A stretch of DNA of 64,000 nt from Candidatus Babelota bacterium (GCA_965658655.1 CBFHTA010000002.1:1-64000), one strand, 5' to 3'. Shown: positions 8,061-18,745, numbered from the stretch's first letter. Made by a program: numbers and translations. The notes: generated from the letters alone by a model not told the origin.

Positions 8061-8238
8061 TGTACTCTCCCTGCTTTTTTTAGGGTTACTCAATTCCTTT
8101 TTTTTTCTCTTTGTCATTCTCTGCTGAGCATACTTCTGATACTACAGATAGAGTTGTCTAAAAGTCAATATTTTTTGCAACTATCTTCTAGCGTGTATTA
8201 TATAACTTTTTTTAATATATTAATTTTTATGTTTTGAG

Positions 8239-9960
8239 TTACTCAGAAATAAGCTTGTGTGCTTTTGAAATAAGCTCATCATAAGAAAGACCCATATCTT
8301 GCTTTCCATTACTGTATCGAATTGTAACGGATTTATTTTCTACCTCTTTTTTTCCTAGAATTAACATCCAAGGAATTTTTTCTAACTGGGCATCTTTAAT
8401 TTGAGCTGCAAGTGCGTCGCCAGATCCGTCAACCTCTATTCGAAGTTTGTGTGATCGTAACAGTTTTGCTAGTTCATGAGCAGCAGGTTTTTGATCATCA
8501 GAGATAGTAAGAATACGAGCTTGTACAGGAGAAAGCCAAAATGGAAGGTGTCCTTTATAATGTTCAAGGATTGTTCCAAAGAATCGTTCGAGTGAGCCAT
8601 AAATTGCTTGATGAAGCATGACTGGACGCTTATATGTTCCATCAGAAGCTACGTATTTAAGGTCGAAATTTTCTGGTTGGAAGAAATCAAGCTGAATAGT
8701 TCCACATCCCCATTCTCTACCCATGGAGTCGATAAACTCAAAACCAATTTTTGGACCATAAAATGCACCGTCGCCTTCTGCCACTTCATACTTAAGATCG
8801 GCTTTTTTGAGAGCAGACTGTAAGCCATTGATTGCGGTATCCCACATATCATCTGAGCCCATAGCTTTTTTTGGTTTGGTCGATAGCACAATTTTAATAT
8901 CATCTAAACCGAATTTTTTCATAGCTTTGGTGATAATGCCAATGTTGTTTGCGATTTCTTGTTCGATTTGGTCGATGGTACAATAAATGTGAGTGTCATC
9001 AATAGTAAATGCACGTACGCGGAACAAACCGTGTAACACTCCCGAAAGTTCGTGACGATGCACTTTTCCAAATTCCATTAAACGCAATGGTAGGCTTCGG
9101 TAAGAACGTGGACGTTCTTTGTAAATGAGGATTGATCCCGGGCAATTCATTGGTTTAATGGCATAATTTTTTTCATCAATATCAGAAAAATACATATTTT
9201 CTTTATAGAACTCATAATGACCTGAGTTTTTCCATAGCTCATCAGAAAGCATAGTTGGAGTTTCTATTTCTTTGTAATCAGCGTCAGAAAGTAGTGAGCG
9301 CATGTAACGACGAAGCTCATTTAAAACGACTTTCCCTTTAGGGTGAAAGAAAGGAAATCCGGCACCTTCTTGATGGAAAGAGAAGTAGTCAAGTTGTTTT
9401 CCAAGACGACGATGATCGTACATATCGAGTTCTGCTTTTTTCTTCTCTGCTTCTTCTTGGTCTTCTTTAGATAAATAAGCAGTGCCTGAAATTCTTTGTA
9501 GAGCGTCATTTTTCTTGTCTGCTCGCCAGTACGAACCGGAAATCCCGGTTAATTTAAAGTGCTTAATATCACCAGTTGTCTCTACATGACCACCTTTACA
9601 GAGGTCATAAAAATCTCCTTGAGTTGCAATGCCTGCAACGTCTCCTGGAATGCCTTCAATGAGTTCAAGTTTGTATTTATTATCTTTATAGATTTGGCGA
9701 GCTTCTTCTTTTGGTACTTCTTTATGTTCAAGAGGAATATTGCGTTTTGCAATTTCATGCATCCGCTCTTCAATCTTTGGCAGATCTTCCAGTTTAAAGT
9801 TTTTGGTTGGTAGACAGTCATAAAAGAAGCCGTCTTTAGTTGGGGGGCCAAGCGTCAATTTTGTATCAGGATAAAGTTCGCTAATAGCGTGAGCAAGTAA
9901 GTGAGCTGCCGAATGGCGAAGTTTTTGTAATTCTTGGTATTTCTTATTTTTCGCGCTCAT
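8239..9960 (-). CDS. thrS: Threonine-tRNA ligase (no N-terminal TGS domain)
   Basis: LRHSAAHLLAHA, DLCKGGHV, KPMNCPG, GAFYGPK, GSLERF. Confidence 0.97.
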   Translation of the reverse strand: MSAKNKKYQELQKLRHSAAHLLAHAISELYPDTKLTLGPPTKDGFFYDCLPTKNFKLEDLPKIEERMHEIAKRNIPLEHKEVPKEEARQIYKDNKYKLELIEGIPGDVAGIATQGDFYDLCKGGHVETTGDIKHFKLTGISGSYWRADKKNDALQRISGTAYLSKEDQEEAEKKKAELDMYDHRRLGKQLDYFSFHQEGAGFPFFHPKGKVVLNELRRYMRSLLSDADYKEIETPTMLSDELWKNSGHYEFYKENMYFSDIDEKNYAIKPMNCPGSILIYKERPRSYRSLPLRLMEFGKVHRHELSGVLHGLFRVRAFTIDDTHIYCTIDQIEQEIANNIGIITKAMKKFGLDDIKIVLSTKPKKAMGSDDMWDTAINGLQSALKKADLKYEVAEGDGAFYGPKIGFEFIDSMGREWGCGTIQLDFFQPENFDLKYVASDGTYKRPVMLHQAIYGSLERFFGTILEHYKGHLPFWLSPVQARILTISDDQKPAAHELAKLLRSHKLRIEVDGSGDALAAQIKDAQLEKIPWMLILGKKEVENKSVTIRYSNGKQDMGLSYDELISKAHKLISE

Positions 9961-10168
9961 AGAGCATTCCTTTCTACAACAATTGACGATAAAGCATTGT
10001 ATACGGATGAAATTATATCATACCCACCTAAAAAGAACAGTTCGGAAGCATAGGGCGAAGGCGAATCAGCTTATTTTTAGTTGTTTTAATTGAGGAGGTC
10101 TTTACGGTGGTGCTACACTCGTCTTGTGATAGTTGTTTGTATAACCTTCTAAACTGTGCGGGGGGAAA

Positions 10169-11632
10169 ATGTCTACAGCAAAATCTACATCCGACCAAAA
10201 GTATCCTTTAAGTGCGCCAGAGAATGAAAAAAAATTATACATTTTGGATACCAATGTACTGTTACATGATCCGCGGGCTATGTTTTCATTTGAGGGAGCA
10301 TCAGTAGGAATTCCTATTATGGTGCTAGAAGAACTAGAGCAATTTAAAAAAGAAACCTCGGGACGAGGTAAAAACGCCCGAGAAATTGTTCGTTATTTAG
10401 ATATGTTAAGAAAAGATGGAAATTTAAACGATGGAGTTAAGACGGAAGACGGTAGTACTATTCGAGTATTATTTACACCAGAGAATGTTCCGGTTAATTC
10501 TTCTTTAAGTGTTGATCTTGTAGATAATGAAATTTTACTCACGGCTGCCGGTTATAAAAACGATGGTTATGACGTACGCTTTATTTCTAAGGATTTAAAT
10601 GCGCGAGTTAAAGCCGACGTTCTAGGTTTGGAGTCAGAAGATTATTTAAAAGGTTATGTTCGTCGTGACGAATTTTATAAGGGGTGGATTCGATTAAAAG
10701 TTCCTGCTGTGCAACTTAAGCAAGAAATACCTGACGATTTAAGGCAGTTGGTAAAAGAACGACAGATGATGATTAATGAATATATCTTGGTAGAGAGTAA
10801 TCATAATGAACATAATTTTAAAGTGTTCAGATATGTAGCTGGTAATAAAGGTTTTATTCCGGTTACTAATCCGCAGTTACAATGGGCAATTGAGCCGCGT
10901 AATCCACAACAATTGATGGCGCTTAATGCGTTGCTCGATCCTTCTCTAGAATTGGTTTCTCTTCTTGGGCCTGCCGGAACGGGTAAAACATTCTTGGCGT
11001 TATTGGCTGGCTTAGATCAAGTACTTCATAAAGATATGTACCAAAAAATGTTAGTGTCTCGCCCTGTGGTTCCTCTTGGGCCAGATCTTGGATTCTTACC
11101 GGGTGATTTACAAGAGAAATTGCATACTTGGATGCAACCAATTCATGACAATATAGATGTTATTACTCATTCAGCGTCTGCAACAAGACACGAACAAGAT
11201 GTGCACGAAGAGCTTCAACCTGAAGAGCATCCAGAAAAAGAGGGTAAAAAAAGTAGCAAAAAACACAAAGGCAAAAAGTCTCGCAAACAAAAGCAGTATT
11301 CGGTTGATGATCTTATGAATCAAGGCCGTTTAAGTTTAGAAGCTATCACGTATATGCGTGGTCGTTCAATTCCGTATCAATTTATTCTTATTGATGAAGT
11401 TCAAAATTTAAGTCCTCACGAGGTTAAAACACTCATTACTCGTGTAGGTCAGGGGAGTAAGATTATCTTGTGCGGTGATCCGTACCAGATAGATTCTCCG
11501 TATTTAGATTTTAGTAGTAATGGTTTGGTGCTTGCGAGTGACAAATTTAAAGATCAGTCGCTTTTTGCAACCGTATATTTAGAAACCAGTGAGCGTAGTC
11601 AACTGAGTAAATTGGCTGCAGAGTTATTGTAG
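10169..11632 (+). CDS. PIN domain-PhoH family ATPase (PhoH2/YlaK-like)
   Basis: ILDTNVLLHDP PIN motif, Walker A GPAGTGKT, YMRGRS, IDEVQN. Confidence 0.93.
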   Translation: MSTAKSTSDQKYPLSAPENEKKLYILDTNVLLHDPRAMFSFEGASVGIPIMVLEELEQFKKETSGRGKNAREIVRYLDMLRKDGNLNDGVKTEDGSTIRVLFTPENVPVNSSLSVDLVDNEILLTAAGYKNDGYDVRFISKDLNARVKADVLGLESEDYLKGYVRRDEFYKGWIRLKVPAVQLKQEIPDDLRQLVKERQMMINEYILVESNHNEHNFKVFRYVAGNKGFIPVTNPQLQWAIEPRNPQQLMALNALLDPSLELVSLLGPAGTGKTFLALLAGLDQVLHKDMYQKMLVSRPVVPLGPDLGFLPGDLQEKLHTWMQPIHDNIDVITHSASATRHEQDVHEELQPEEHPEKEGKKSSKKHKGKKSRKQKQYSVDDLMNQGRLSLEAITYMRGRSIPYQFILIDEVQNLSPHEVKTLITRVGQGSKIILCGDPYQIDSPYLDFSSNGLVLASDKFKDQSLFATVYLETSERSQLSKLAAELL

Positions 11633-11667
11633 ATAATAAAAAGAGCTGCCAAATAAAAACTGTATCT

Positions 11668-11979
11668 TTATGTGTCAGCTCTTCTTTTGTATATGCACAG
11701 ATCTTTAAGACCACCTTCAAAAGATTCATCATACATTTTAGCGTATTCTGTTTGTTCTTCTGAGCTCAACCAATGGTTATCCCCAGCGATTCTTAATGTA
11801 AGTTTTACGTCTTCATTGGTTTTTAAAGGAAAGATTTCTATTAAATGAGTACCGTTTTTTTTGTCGCTCTTTTCTAAACTTGTTTTTAGTAGAGTCTTCA
11901 TTTTGGTATAATCTTGTTTTCCAGTCGTATAATTATAGGTACTTATACATAACAAGCTTAAAGTCATGAATTTTTTCAT
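11668..11979 (-). CDS. Hypothetical protein with signal peptide
   Basis: MKKFMTLSLLCIS leader; no recognisable domain. Confidence 0.6.
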   Translation of the reverse strand: MKKFMTLSLLCISTYNYTTGKQDYTKMKTLLKTSLEKSDKKNGTHLIEIFPLKTNEDVKLTLRIAGDNHWLSSEEQTEYAKMYDESFEGGLKDLCIYKRRADT

Positions 11980-12109
11980 TTTTAATCCGTTGTTCTTATT
12001 AAAATAATCTCCTGAAAGAGTAGCTTATTTGTAGTAAAACTCAATAGGTGAAGAATTGCACAATAGCGCATCTCAAATGGTTTATTTAACACGCGACAAA
12101 AGGGGAGGT

Positions 12110-12255
12110 ATGGACTATCTAGTAGGTGTTGTAGAATAGTTTTTAAAAATGAATACGCTACTATTTTAGATTTAAATATGTTCTATTCAATTGAAATAAA
12201 GAAAGCGGGTATAGAAATTACATCTTGGAATACCGCGGAATCAAAAACCATTGCA
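12110..12255 (+). pseudogene. Decayed fragment of a paralog of the downstream 712-aa gene (C-terminal region)
   Basis: MDYLVGVVE*...EYATILDLNMFYSIEIKKAGIEITSWNTAESKTI vs MDDIVSIVEN...EFCIVLGPNIVDPIEAKKTGIEIKSWNTANPKII at about 14118-14275. Confidence 0.75.
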
Positions 12256-12290
12256 AAGTGTGTTTGTTTGAAATCGGCTAAGGCCTCTTA

Positions 12291-14429
12291 ATGAATAAAA
12301 ATCGAAAGATCAGTATGGTTCGTAAAATATTATTAGTGACACTATTAGTAAATATAGTGGCAAGTCCACTGCGTGCAATGCAGTCAATGCTACGTCTTGT
12401 TTATGTGGGTGTACGTACGGCTCCACAGAAAGGTATGTTAGGTCAAATTGTTAAAGAGCAATTAATGCATAAAGGTGTGCGCTCTGTAGCTAATGATACT
12501 TTAAAGATTACCCAAGAAACTCCAAAAACGGTACTTTTTGCTGTAGCTCAGAAACAAAAACTTCAAGCAATTGATGGAATTCAAAAACAACCAAGAACTT
12601 TATTAGTTGCTCCAAATAAAAAAAATAAACTGGAATCATATAATACAGATATTGGTGAGAGCCAAATTCCTACTCAAGACGTCTTGAAATCTCTTGTAGA
12701 AAGTAAACATCAAAAAGAACAGTATGAAGATAATAAAAGTACATGGTTTACTTTTATTAAGATAAGTTTAATAAGTTTTTATTTAAATTATAGAGTTAAA
12801 AAAGTATCTGCTTTAGAAGAATCTAAAGAAATGTCAGAGCAAGAGCTTAAACAGATAGAAATGGTTAAAAGTTTAATTAAAAAAGAACGTGTTTCAGCAG
12901 ATGATTCATGTTTAATAAAAGTTATATACGATAATGGAACAAAGGAATTTAGAGAATGTATTATAGATGAATTAGTCACTATAATAGATTTTACTAAAAT
13001 AGAAGAAAATAAAAAATACGGAAATTTGAAAGATATAATTACTCTTGTTGTTGCAAAATTGCCAATAGATAAGCAGATAGGGTTTGTTAGGAGCACTTTA
13101 TTAAAAGAGAATATTTCAAGAGATGAATTACATATAATAAAAAAAATATATGAAAATGGAGTAAGTGAATTTAAAAAAGGTCTTCTTGAAAAATTAGATA
13201 ATGTAATAGATTTTGCTCATTTAGGTAAACATTACTTTCCTTATCTAGAAGAATTAATTATTGATTTTTTTATGGGATTAAATACAGAAAATAAGATAAG
13301 AAATATTGAAAAGATATTTAAAAAAGATAAAGTTTCACAAAGTGATTTATTTCTTATGGAAGAAATTTATAAAAAAGAAAAAAATGTTATAAAAAATTTT
13401 ATAGAAGAGTGCTTTTTTGAAGGTTGTTTTGCAAGTGAAAAAAAACATACACCTACTGATAAGTATTTTCTTAATTATTTTACATCATGTGTGCAAAATA
13501 AAAATTTACCCCAAGACCTTAAGAACTTAACTCATCGATTGAATCGATATTCTGCTGATAATATTAATAACAATAAAATAACTTTTTTCCATGGGCAAGC
13601 ATGGTATTGGAATTTGCAAGCCATAATTGTTAAGAAATTGTATGAATTTAAACATAGAGTAAAAATAGATGGAAATTTTACTTTTTTACGCTTTGTTCAA
13701 GCAGAGATGGGTTTATGTGAAAAGCATCAAAAGAAACTTGTTCAAACAGGGATAAGGGGAACACCAACTTTTTTTTCAGAAGAGCGTTCAAATGTTATTT
13801 TTGTAAATCTTGCTCTTTTTGCAAATGGTCCTGGCTCAAACACTGTTGGGTATGTTTTAAATAATAATGATCAGAGCTTATTGATGAGGCGGAAAAAAGA
13901 TCTATGCCGATTTGTAAAGATTTTTAAAGATTTTGGTTTTGAAAAAGAAATTCAAGAGCTACAAAGAATACAGCCTACTCTTTTAAAAGATCTTACAAAT
14001 TTGCATTTTTCAGCATCTTCCTATGGTAATTTTGTTACTATTGTTATGCCTAAGCAGCTGGCATCTCAAGTTGCTTATCCAGGAAAAACAGCTGGTCCTA
14101 GAATTAAATACAAAAATATGGATGATATTGTTAGCATTGTAGAGAATTTTGAAAGAATGCCCTTTGAGAATGAGTTTTGCATTGTGCTTGGTCCAAATAT
14201 AGTTGATCCAATTGAGGCAAAAAAAACGGGCATTGAAATTAAATCATGGAATACCGCAAACCCAAAGATTATTGTTTTGCGTGATGCATTGATTGATGAA
14301 ATTATTGCGTGGTGTGAGGTGGCTCAAAATCAAACTAAATCTTATGCAGAGCTTGCTGCGTGGGGGCAGCAGATAGTTGATGATGCAAAAAAGAAACTAG
14401 AAGAGGCAAAGTACTTAAGTGATAGGTAA
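12291..14429 (+). CDS. Large hypothetical secreted protein (effector candidate); start may be MVRKILL
   Basis: Signal-like RKILLVTLLVNIVASPLRAM; visibly AT-rich, Lys/Ile-rich helical middle. Confidence 0.75.
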   Translation: MNKNRKISMVRKILLVTLLVNIVASPLRAMQSMLRLVYVGVRTAPQKGMLGQIVKEQLMHKGVRSVANDTLKITQETPKTVLFAVAQKQKLQAIDGIQKQPRTLLVAPNKKNKLESYNTDIGESQIPTQDVLKSLVESKHQKEQYEDNKSTWFTFIKISLISFYLNYRVKKVSALEESKEMSEQELKQIEMVKSLIKKERVSADDSCLIKVIYDNGTKEFRECIIDELVTIIDFTKIEENKKYGNLKDIITLVVAKLPIDKQIGFVRSTLLKENISRDELHIIKKIYENGVSEFKKGLLEKLDNVIDFAHLGKHYFPYLEELIIDFFMGLNTENKIRNIEKIFKKDKVSQSDLFLMEEIYKKEKNVIKNFIEECFFEGCFASEKKHTPTDKYFLNYFTSCVQNKNLPQDLKNLTHRLNRYSADNINNNKITFFHGQAWYWNLQAIIVKKLYEFKHRVKIDGNFTFLRFVQAEMGLCEKHQKKLVQTGIRGTPTFFSEERSNVIFVNLALFANGPGSNTVGYVLNNNDQSLLMRRKKDLCRFVKIFKDFGFEKEIQELQRIQPTLLKDLTNLHFSASSYGNFVTIVMPKQLASQVAYPGKTAGPRIKYKNMDDIVSIVENFERMPFENEFCIVLGPNIVDPIEAKKTGIEIKSWNTANPKIIVLRDALIDEIIAWCEVAQNQTKSYAELAAWGQQIVDDAKKKLEEAKYLSDR

Positions 14430-14454
14430 GTAAAAAAGTTGGTCATAATAGTAG

Positions 14455-15456
14455 TTAACTTTTTTTGTACCTATGTAAGCTACGAATTCGCGCTCCGGTT
14501 GACAAGTTCAACTCTGGGGCGCGTTTCCATGTGGCATATAAATTCTTTTTTTGCTCGTTGCTATACACAACTTCTTGGGTGCGTTGAAGGCTTTTCTTTT
14601 TAACAGGCTTGCGAATTGCCACCGTCATAGGAGCATCTTTTTTCAAAGGGCTTAAAGAAGCGAACAGATCTCTGTGTATTCTAAAATGTTTTTTAATGTC
14701 GTAACAGAGCGCCAAAATGTTTTTACCAACCAGGCTACTATAAATCTCTGTTTGGTATGGTTGATTATTGTTTACGAGCAATAATACAGAGTAAGCATTA
14801 GAGTGATGAAACTGTGTATATTCATGGGTATATTGAGGATGTAGCGTTGGTTTAGAAAACGTAAACGGTTGTTGAGAGTAAAAGGTGTAGAGCTGTTCTA
14901 TTTTTTCTGCTTTTGGCATAAACAATTTATACTTTTGTGTGTCTTTAGGGATTGCGGTGCCCAGCTGTATAGCAACTTCTACAGGTTTTTTAATCTTGCG
15001 CGTTGCAGCATTAAAAACGAGTCCACCTCTGCCTTGAGTAATAACAATACATTTACTTTTAAGTGAATGGAGGTAATCAAGACCTTCGGCAAGTTTCTGA
15101 GCCGGTGTATTTAAGTGGTTGGTGCTTGGAGAAGAATCTATCCAATCAAAATAGACACAAAGCGGAGTAGTGTTTTTGGCAGGACTATTAGCAGAAAAGA
15201 ATGAATAGGGCACTCTAATTTTATTATTATTGGTGAATGCCTTTAATGTTTTAGCTGCTTCAACATCTTTTTTTGCAGATTCAGCTGCTGCAGGAACTAC
15301 TACAAAAAAGATATTATGTTTTTTTTGTTCGGGGTCAAAGAGGGTGGAATTCTTTTCTTTTCCTATTATGTGGAAACTATCGGGAAGACGCGCAAGACGT
15401 GCTTGTGCGCTTGCCAGAGATATCAGGGCTATACTTATTACTACTCTTTTTTTCAT
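14455..15456 (-). CDS. Hypothetical secreted protein, possibly degenerate alpha/beta-hydrolase-like
   Basis: Signal MKKRVVISIALISLASAQA; IVITQGRGGLV resembles a nucleophile elbow lacking Ser. Confidence 0.6.
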   Translation of the reverse strand: MKKRVVISIALISLASAQARLARLPDSFHIIGKEKNSTLFDPEQKKHNIFFVVVPAAAESAKKDVEAAKTLKAFTNNNKIRVPYSFFSANSPAKNTTPLCVYFDWIDSSPSTNHLNTPAQKLAEGLDYLHSLKSKCIVITQGRGGLVFNAATRKIKKPVEVAIQLGTAIPKDTQKYKLFMPKAEKIEQLYTFYSQQPFTFSKPTLHPQYTHEYTQFHHSNAYSVLLLVNNNQPYQTEIYSSLVGKNILALCYDIKKHFRIHRDLFASLSPLKKDAPMTVAIRKPVKKKSLQRTQEVVYSNEQKKNLYATWKRAPELNLSTGARIRSLHRYKKS

Positions 15457-15500
15457 TTCGATACTCCTTAATTAGAAGTATTAAAATGGCATAAAAATGA

Positions 15501-15689
15501 TTATGAAGTAAAGGGATTACAGGAAAACACCCGTAGAATAATGTTTTTGATAGCTTTGAAAAGAGATTGGGTTTGAAGTTGTTCGTGAGCGTACAGAGTG
15601 CAGCTAACAGGGTATTTACAATGTGCGGGTCCCAACAATGGGCGAAGACCTTGAATGAAGAACCAAAGAATGTGTGCTATAAAGGACAT
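15501..15689 (-). CDS. yidD: Membrane protein insertion efficiency factor YidD
   Basis: RPLLGPAHCKYPVSCTLYA...RVFSCNPF; position after rnpA. Confidence 0.85.
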   Translation of the reverse strand: MSFIAHILWFFIQGLRPLLGPAHCKYPVSCTLYAHEQLQTQSLFKAIKNIILRVFSCNPFTS

Positions 15690-16018
15690 GAACCAAAAAC
15701 TCGATGAAGTAATTTTTTGAGAGTACCAAATGAGGTATCAATACCTTCGCGTCTAACGATGATAACGAGATCCATTTTTTTGCTATATAATTCGTCTCCA
15801 ATGAAAATTGCTTTAATTCGACGACGAATAAGATTGCGCTGAGGTGAATTGCCTGAACGACGAGGTGTGATAATAAGAACCCTGCCATGCTCGGGTAAAG
15901 AAGCTGGAGCTGCTAAAATACGGAGACCTGGAATGCGTGCTTTGACGCGGGCCGTGTTTAGCAGCTTAGTAATTTCTGACTGTGTAAACGAGGAAATTTT
16001 CTTCGTTACCCGTGGCAT
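15677..16018 (-). CDS. rnpA: Ribonuclease P protein component
   Basis: GNSPQRNLIRRRIK (RNR-like motif); rpmH-rnpA-yidD synteny. Confidence 0.88.
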   Translation of the reverse strand: MPRVTKKISSFTQSEITKLLNTARVKARIPGLRILAAPASLPEHGRVLIITPRRSGNSPQRNLIRRRIKAIFIGDELYSKKMDLVIIVRREGIDTSFGTLKKLLHRVFGSCPL

Positions 16019-16030
16019 AGTACCCCTAAA

Positions 16031-16174
16031 TTACGCCCTTACAGCCAAACGCTTACGACCCTTCGCTCTACGGCGATTTAGGATCTTGCGACCGTGACGT
16101 GTGGACATACGTTTACGGAAACCGTGTTTACGGTTTCTTTTTAATCTACTTTTCTTAAAAAAAGTTACTGACAT
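16031..16174 (-). CDS. rpmH: 50S ribosomal protein L34 (not in ORF track)
   Basis: Manual translation [47 protein letters not shown]. Confidence 0.96.
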   Translation of the reverse strand: MSVTFFKKSRLKRNRKHGFRKRMSTRHGRKILNRRRAKGRKRLAVRA

Positions 16175-16245
16175 GCTCTACCCTTTGGATATCTATAGAT
16201 TAAGAGAATATACGTTATTCTAAAGGTAATTTAAGATTTTTTCAA

Positions 16246-17181
16246 CTAAAGAAAGTCTTTAAGCTCAAGGTATCTTTGAGCATCTAGCGCGGCCATGCAC
16301 CCACTTCCAGAAGAAACAATCGCTTGTTTATAGCGGAAATCGGCTATATCACCCGCAATAAAAACCCCTTCAACAGAGCTTTTAGTTTTATCTTTAAGGT
16401 CAAGATAGCCCATTTTATCCATATTCAGCTGCCCTTTAAAAAGCTGCGTATTAGGTTTTTGTCCAATGGCTAAGAAGACCACATCTGTTTTGAGGGTTTG
16501 TTTCTCTTGAGTTTCTTGGTTAGTAATCTCTATTTCCGTTACATGAGACTCATTGCCTTTGATTGCAGTAACAGTGCTGGAGTAAATTATCTTGATTTTG
16601 GGATTGTCGAGGACTCGTTTTTGCATTGACGGAGAGGCTGTAAGCTTATCAAGGATATGAACGATTGTGATTTTGTCGGTGTATTTGGTCATAAAAGAAG
16701 CATCTTCCATGGCAGTATCTCCACCACCAACAATAACAGCTTCTTTTTCCGGATAGAAGGCGCCATCACACACAGCACAGGTTGTGACCCCTTTTCCCCA
16801 ATATTCGTCTTCTCCTGGGCATTGTAGTTTGTTTGGAGATGCACCTGCAGCAATAATGACACTGTTTGCTTTGAGAGTTTCTTTATTGGTGGTCACGGTG
16901 AAAGGGTGTTCTTTAAAATTAACGCTGGTAACTGAGTCAGAAATAAATTCTGTACCAAAATGTTTTGCGTGTTCTTTCATGTTCATCATAAGTTGAGGAC
17001 CCATGATACTTTTTTCTCCTGGCCAGTTTTCTACTGCGGTGGTTCCCATTAATTGGCCACCAGGGTTAGGTCCTTCAATAACGACTGGTTTTAAAAAAGC
17101 ACGGCTTGCGTATACTGCTGCCGTTAGTCCTGATGGTCCCGATCCAATAATAATAACGTTATGTGTGTTATTTGTACTCAT
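16246..17181 (-). CDS. trxB: Thioredoxin reductase
   Basis: IIGSGPSG, GGQL, CAVCDG, VGGGDTAME. Confidence 0.97.
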   Translation of the reverse strand: MSTNNTHNVIIIGSGPSGLTAAVYASRAFLKPVVIEGPNPGGQLMGTTAVENWPGEKSIMGPQLMMNMKEHAKHFGTEFISDSVTSVNFKEHPFTVTTNKETLKANSVIIAAGASPNKLQCPGEDEYWGKGVTTCAVCDGAFYPEKEAVIVGGGDTAMEDASFMTKYTDKITIVHILDKLTASPSMQKRVLDNPKIKIIYSSTVTAIKGNESHVTEIEITNQETQEKQTLKTDVVFLAIGQKPNTQLFKGQLNMDKMGYLDLKDKTKSSVEGVFIAGDIADFRYKQAIVSSGSGCMAALDAQRYLELKDFL

Positions 17182-18488
17182 GTTCCCGATTTAGTTTTTA
17201 TAAGGTGGTGAATCGCATGATTCAATGTTTTTTCTTTTAAACAACATTGCACTAATAAAGATGATGAAATAGGAATTTCGTGCCCTAAAAACTTTGTAGA
17301 AGGTGGTTCAAAATAAATAAATTCACTTGTCCGTGCTCGATTCCCTAAATTCAAGTATCCCTTAATGTCTGTATTAGTAATGCCAATATTTTCATGAAAA
17401 GCAAGTTGGTGAATGAAAACATCTTCTTTTACTTGTTTTTCTGCAAGTGCTTTAATCTTCTCTTTAAAGTCTGGTTGCATTTTATAGACTTGGTAATCAG
17501 GAGTATCGTGAATAAGATCAAGAATAGTTTTTTGTTGTCTCAGAATGAGGTGTTGTGGTGCAGAGAATGCATGTTTAGAGAGTAAGAGCTTTAGTGACTC
17601 TTCAGCAGTGGCACGGCGTTGGGAGATATCGTTTCTATAAGAAAAAACTTCAATTAATTTTTGATGGAGCTCTTTACTGTTTCTAATTCGAAAATGCTTT
17701 TTAAAATGATCGACACAGAAAAATGCATGAGGTAATCGATCAACAATGGTAACTTCAAATTTATAATGTGTGTCTAAGTGACTGCTGAAATATTCTTGTA
17801 GACATTCATCATCGGTTATAAAAGTGTCGTTTGGTTTTTTTCCTAAAAAGAGTTTCTTGAAAGGGGCATCGGCTTCTTCTCTGCCAATTTTGAGCCATAA
17901 ATTTTCTTTGTAGAGTCCGAGCAGTGGTTTATCTTTTTCGTTGAGTAAACAAACGGTAAAGTTAATCCAGTCTCCAGACTTAATGGTGTTGTCGGTATCT
18001 TTTTTTATAGCTGTTTGTTCTTCTTTTAGAAAGTTTTCTACTTGTCGGTCGAGATCTTTATAATTTTTTCTTTTGGGAGCCTTGAAAGGTAAACGTTTCC
18101 AACCTTGTAATGAAATGGGTTGTGCAAGTGTGAGTGAAAAGCTAAACCGTGCATCTTGATGTGGGTTTAAGCTGATATCTTGTAAGAATGGTTCTCCAGC
18201 AAGAAAAACTTTTTTATTATATAACTCTTTGTAAAGCCAATTAATAACAAAATATTTGAAGAAAAATTCTTTGACATGGTCAACTAAGTGCGGTTGGAAA
18301 TTTTTTTCAATATAAGAGAGGGGAGTGTTGCCTTTTGAAAATCCGAAAGTGTGGACTTCTGCTTGTTGAGCTATTGAGGCTTGAGCGTACAATTTTTTTA
18401 CATAGGTGGCTGGAATAGTTACAACTGCAGAACCAAATTGCGGGCTATTAGAATGCAATGCAAAAGACGGTGTTGCAAAACCTGTCAT
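17178..18488 (-). CDS. tig: Trigger factor-like chaperone (divergent)
   Basis: GFSKGNTP resembles the GFRxGKxP ribosome-binding motif; IKSGDWINF FKBP-like region; 436 aa; follows tRNA-Leu. Confidence 0.75.
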   Translation of the reverse strand: MTGFATPSFALHSNSPQFGSAVVTIPATYVKKLYAQASIAQQAEVHTFGFSKGNTPLSYIEKNFQPHLVDHVKEFFFKYFVINWLYKELYNKKVFLAGEPFLQDISLNPHQDARFSFSLTLAQPISLQGWKRLPFKAPKRKNYKDLDRQVENFLKEEQTAIKKDTDNTIKSGDWINFTVCLLNEKDKPLLGLYKENLWLKIGREEADAPFKKLFLGKKPNDTFITDDECLQEYFSSHLDTHYKFEVTIVDRLPHAFFCVDHFKKHFRIRNSKELHQKLIEVFSYRNDISQRRATAEESLKLLLSKHAFSAPQHLILRQQKTILDLIHDTPDYQVYKMQPDFKEKIKALAEKQVKEDVFIHQLAFHENIGITNTDIKGYLNLGNRARTSEFIYFEPPSTKFLGHEIPISSSLLVQCCLKEKTLNHAIHHLIKTKSGT

Positions 18489-18513
18489 TACTACGTACTC
18501 CCTTTTTTAATTT

Positions 18514-18600
18514 TGGTGCGAGAGGAGGGACTTGAACCCACACTCCGATTAAGGAACTGGATCCTAAATCCAGCGCGTCTACCAATTTCGCCACTCTCGC
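18514..18600 (-). tRNA. tRNA-Leu(TAG)
   Basis: Reverse complement GCGAGAGTGGCGAAATTGGTAGACGCGCTGGATTTAGGATCCAG...GGTTCAAGTCCCTCCTCTCGCACCA; long variable arm; encoded CCA. Confidence 0.96.
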
Positions 18601-18745
18601 ATGCCCCATGTTTATTTCAATCTACTCTTTTATAACCTGCAGTTAAGAGTTCGATGCTCTGCCTATTAAACTAACAGCTTCACAGTAAGTCAATAGCTGA
18701 ATAACATGCTGGTAGTGTACCAGAGCATCGTTAAAATGCAACTCT

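Noticed and set aside
7666..8127. Plus-strand 153-aa RFAVL-repeat ORF
   Set aside because: Antisense shadow of the histone-like gene; starts inside a terminator
8239..9960. ThrRS lacking the TGS domain (and short EF-Ts at 19350-19946)
   Set aside because: Both short forms are known in other bacteria; not novel
10169..11632. PIN-PhoH as a toxin-antitoxin system
   Set aside because: Widespread PhoH2/YlaK family; no antitoxin ORF evident upstream
18514..18600. tRNA-Leu (or tRNA-Gln at 62814) as an island integration site
   Set aside because: No duplicated tRNA 3' end or integrase seen; flanks are housekeeping genes
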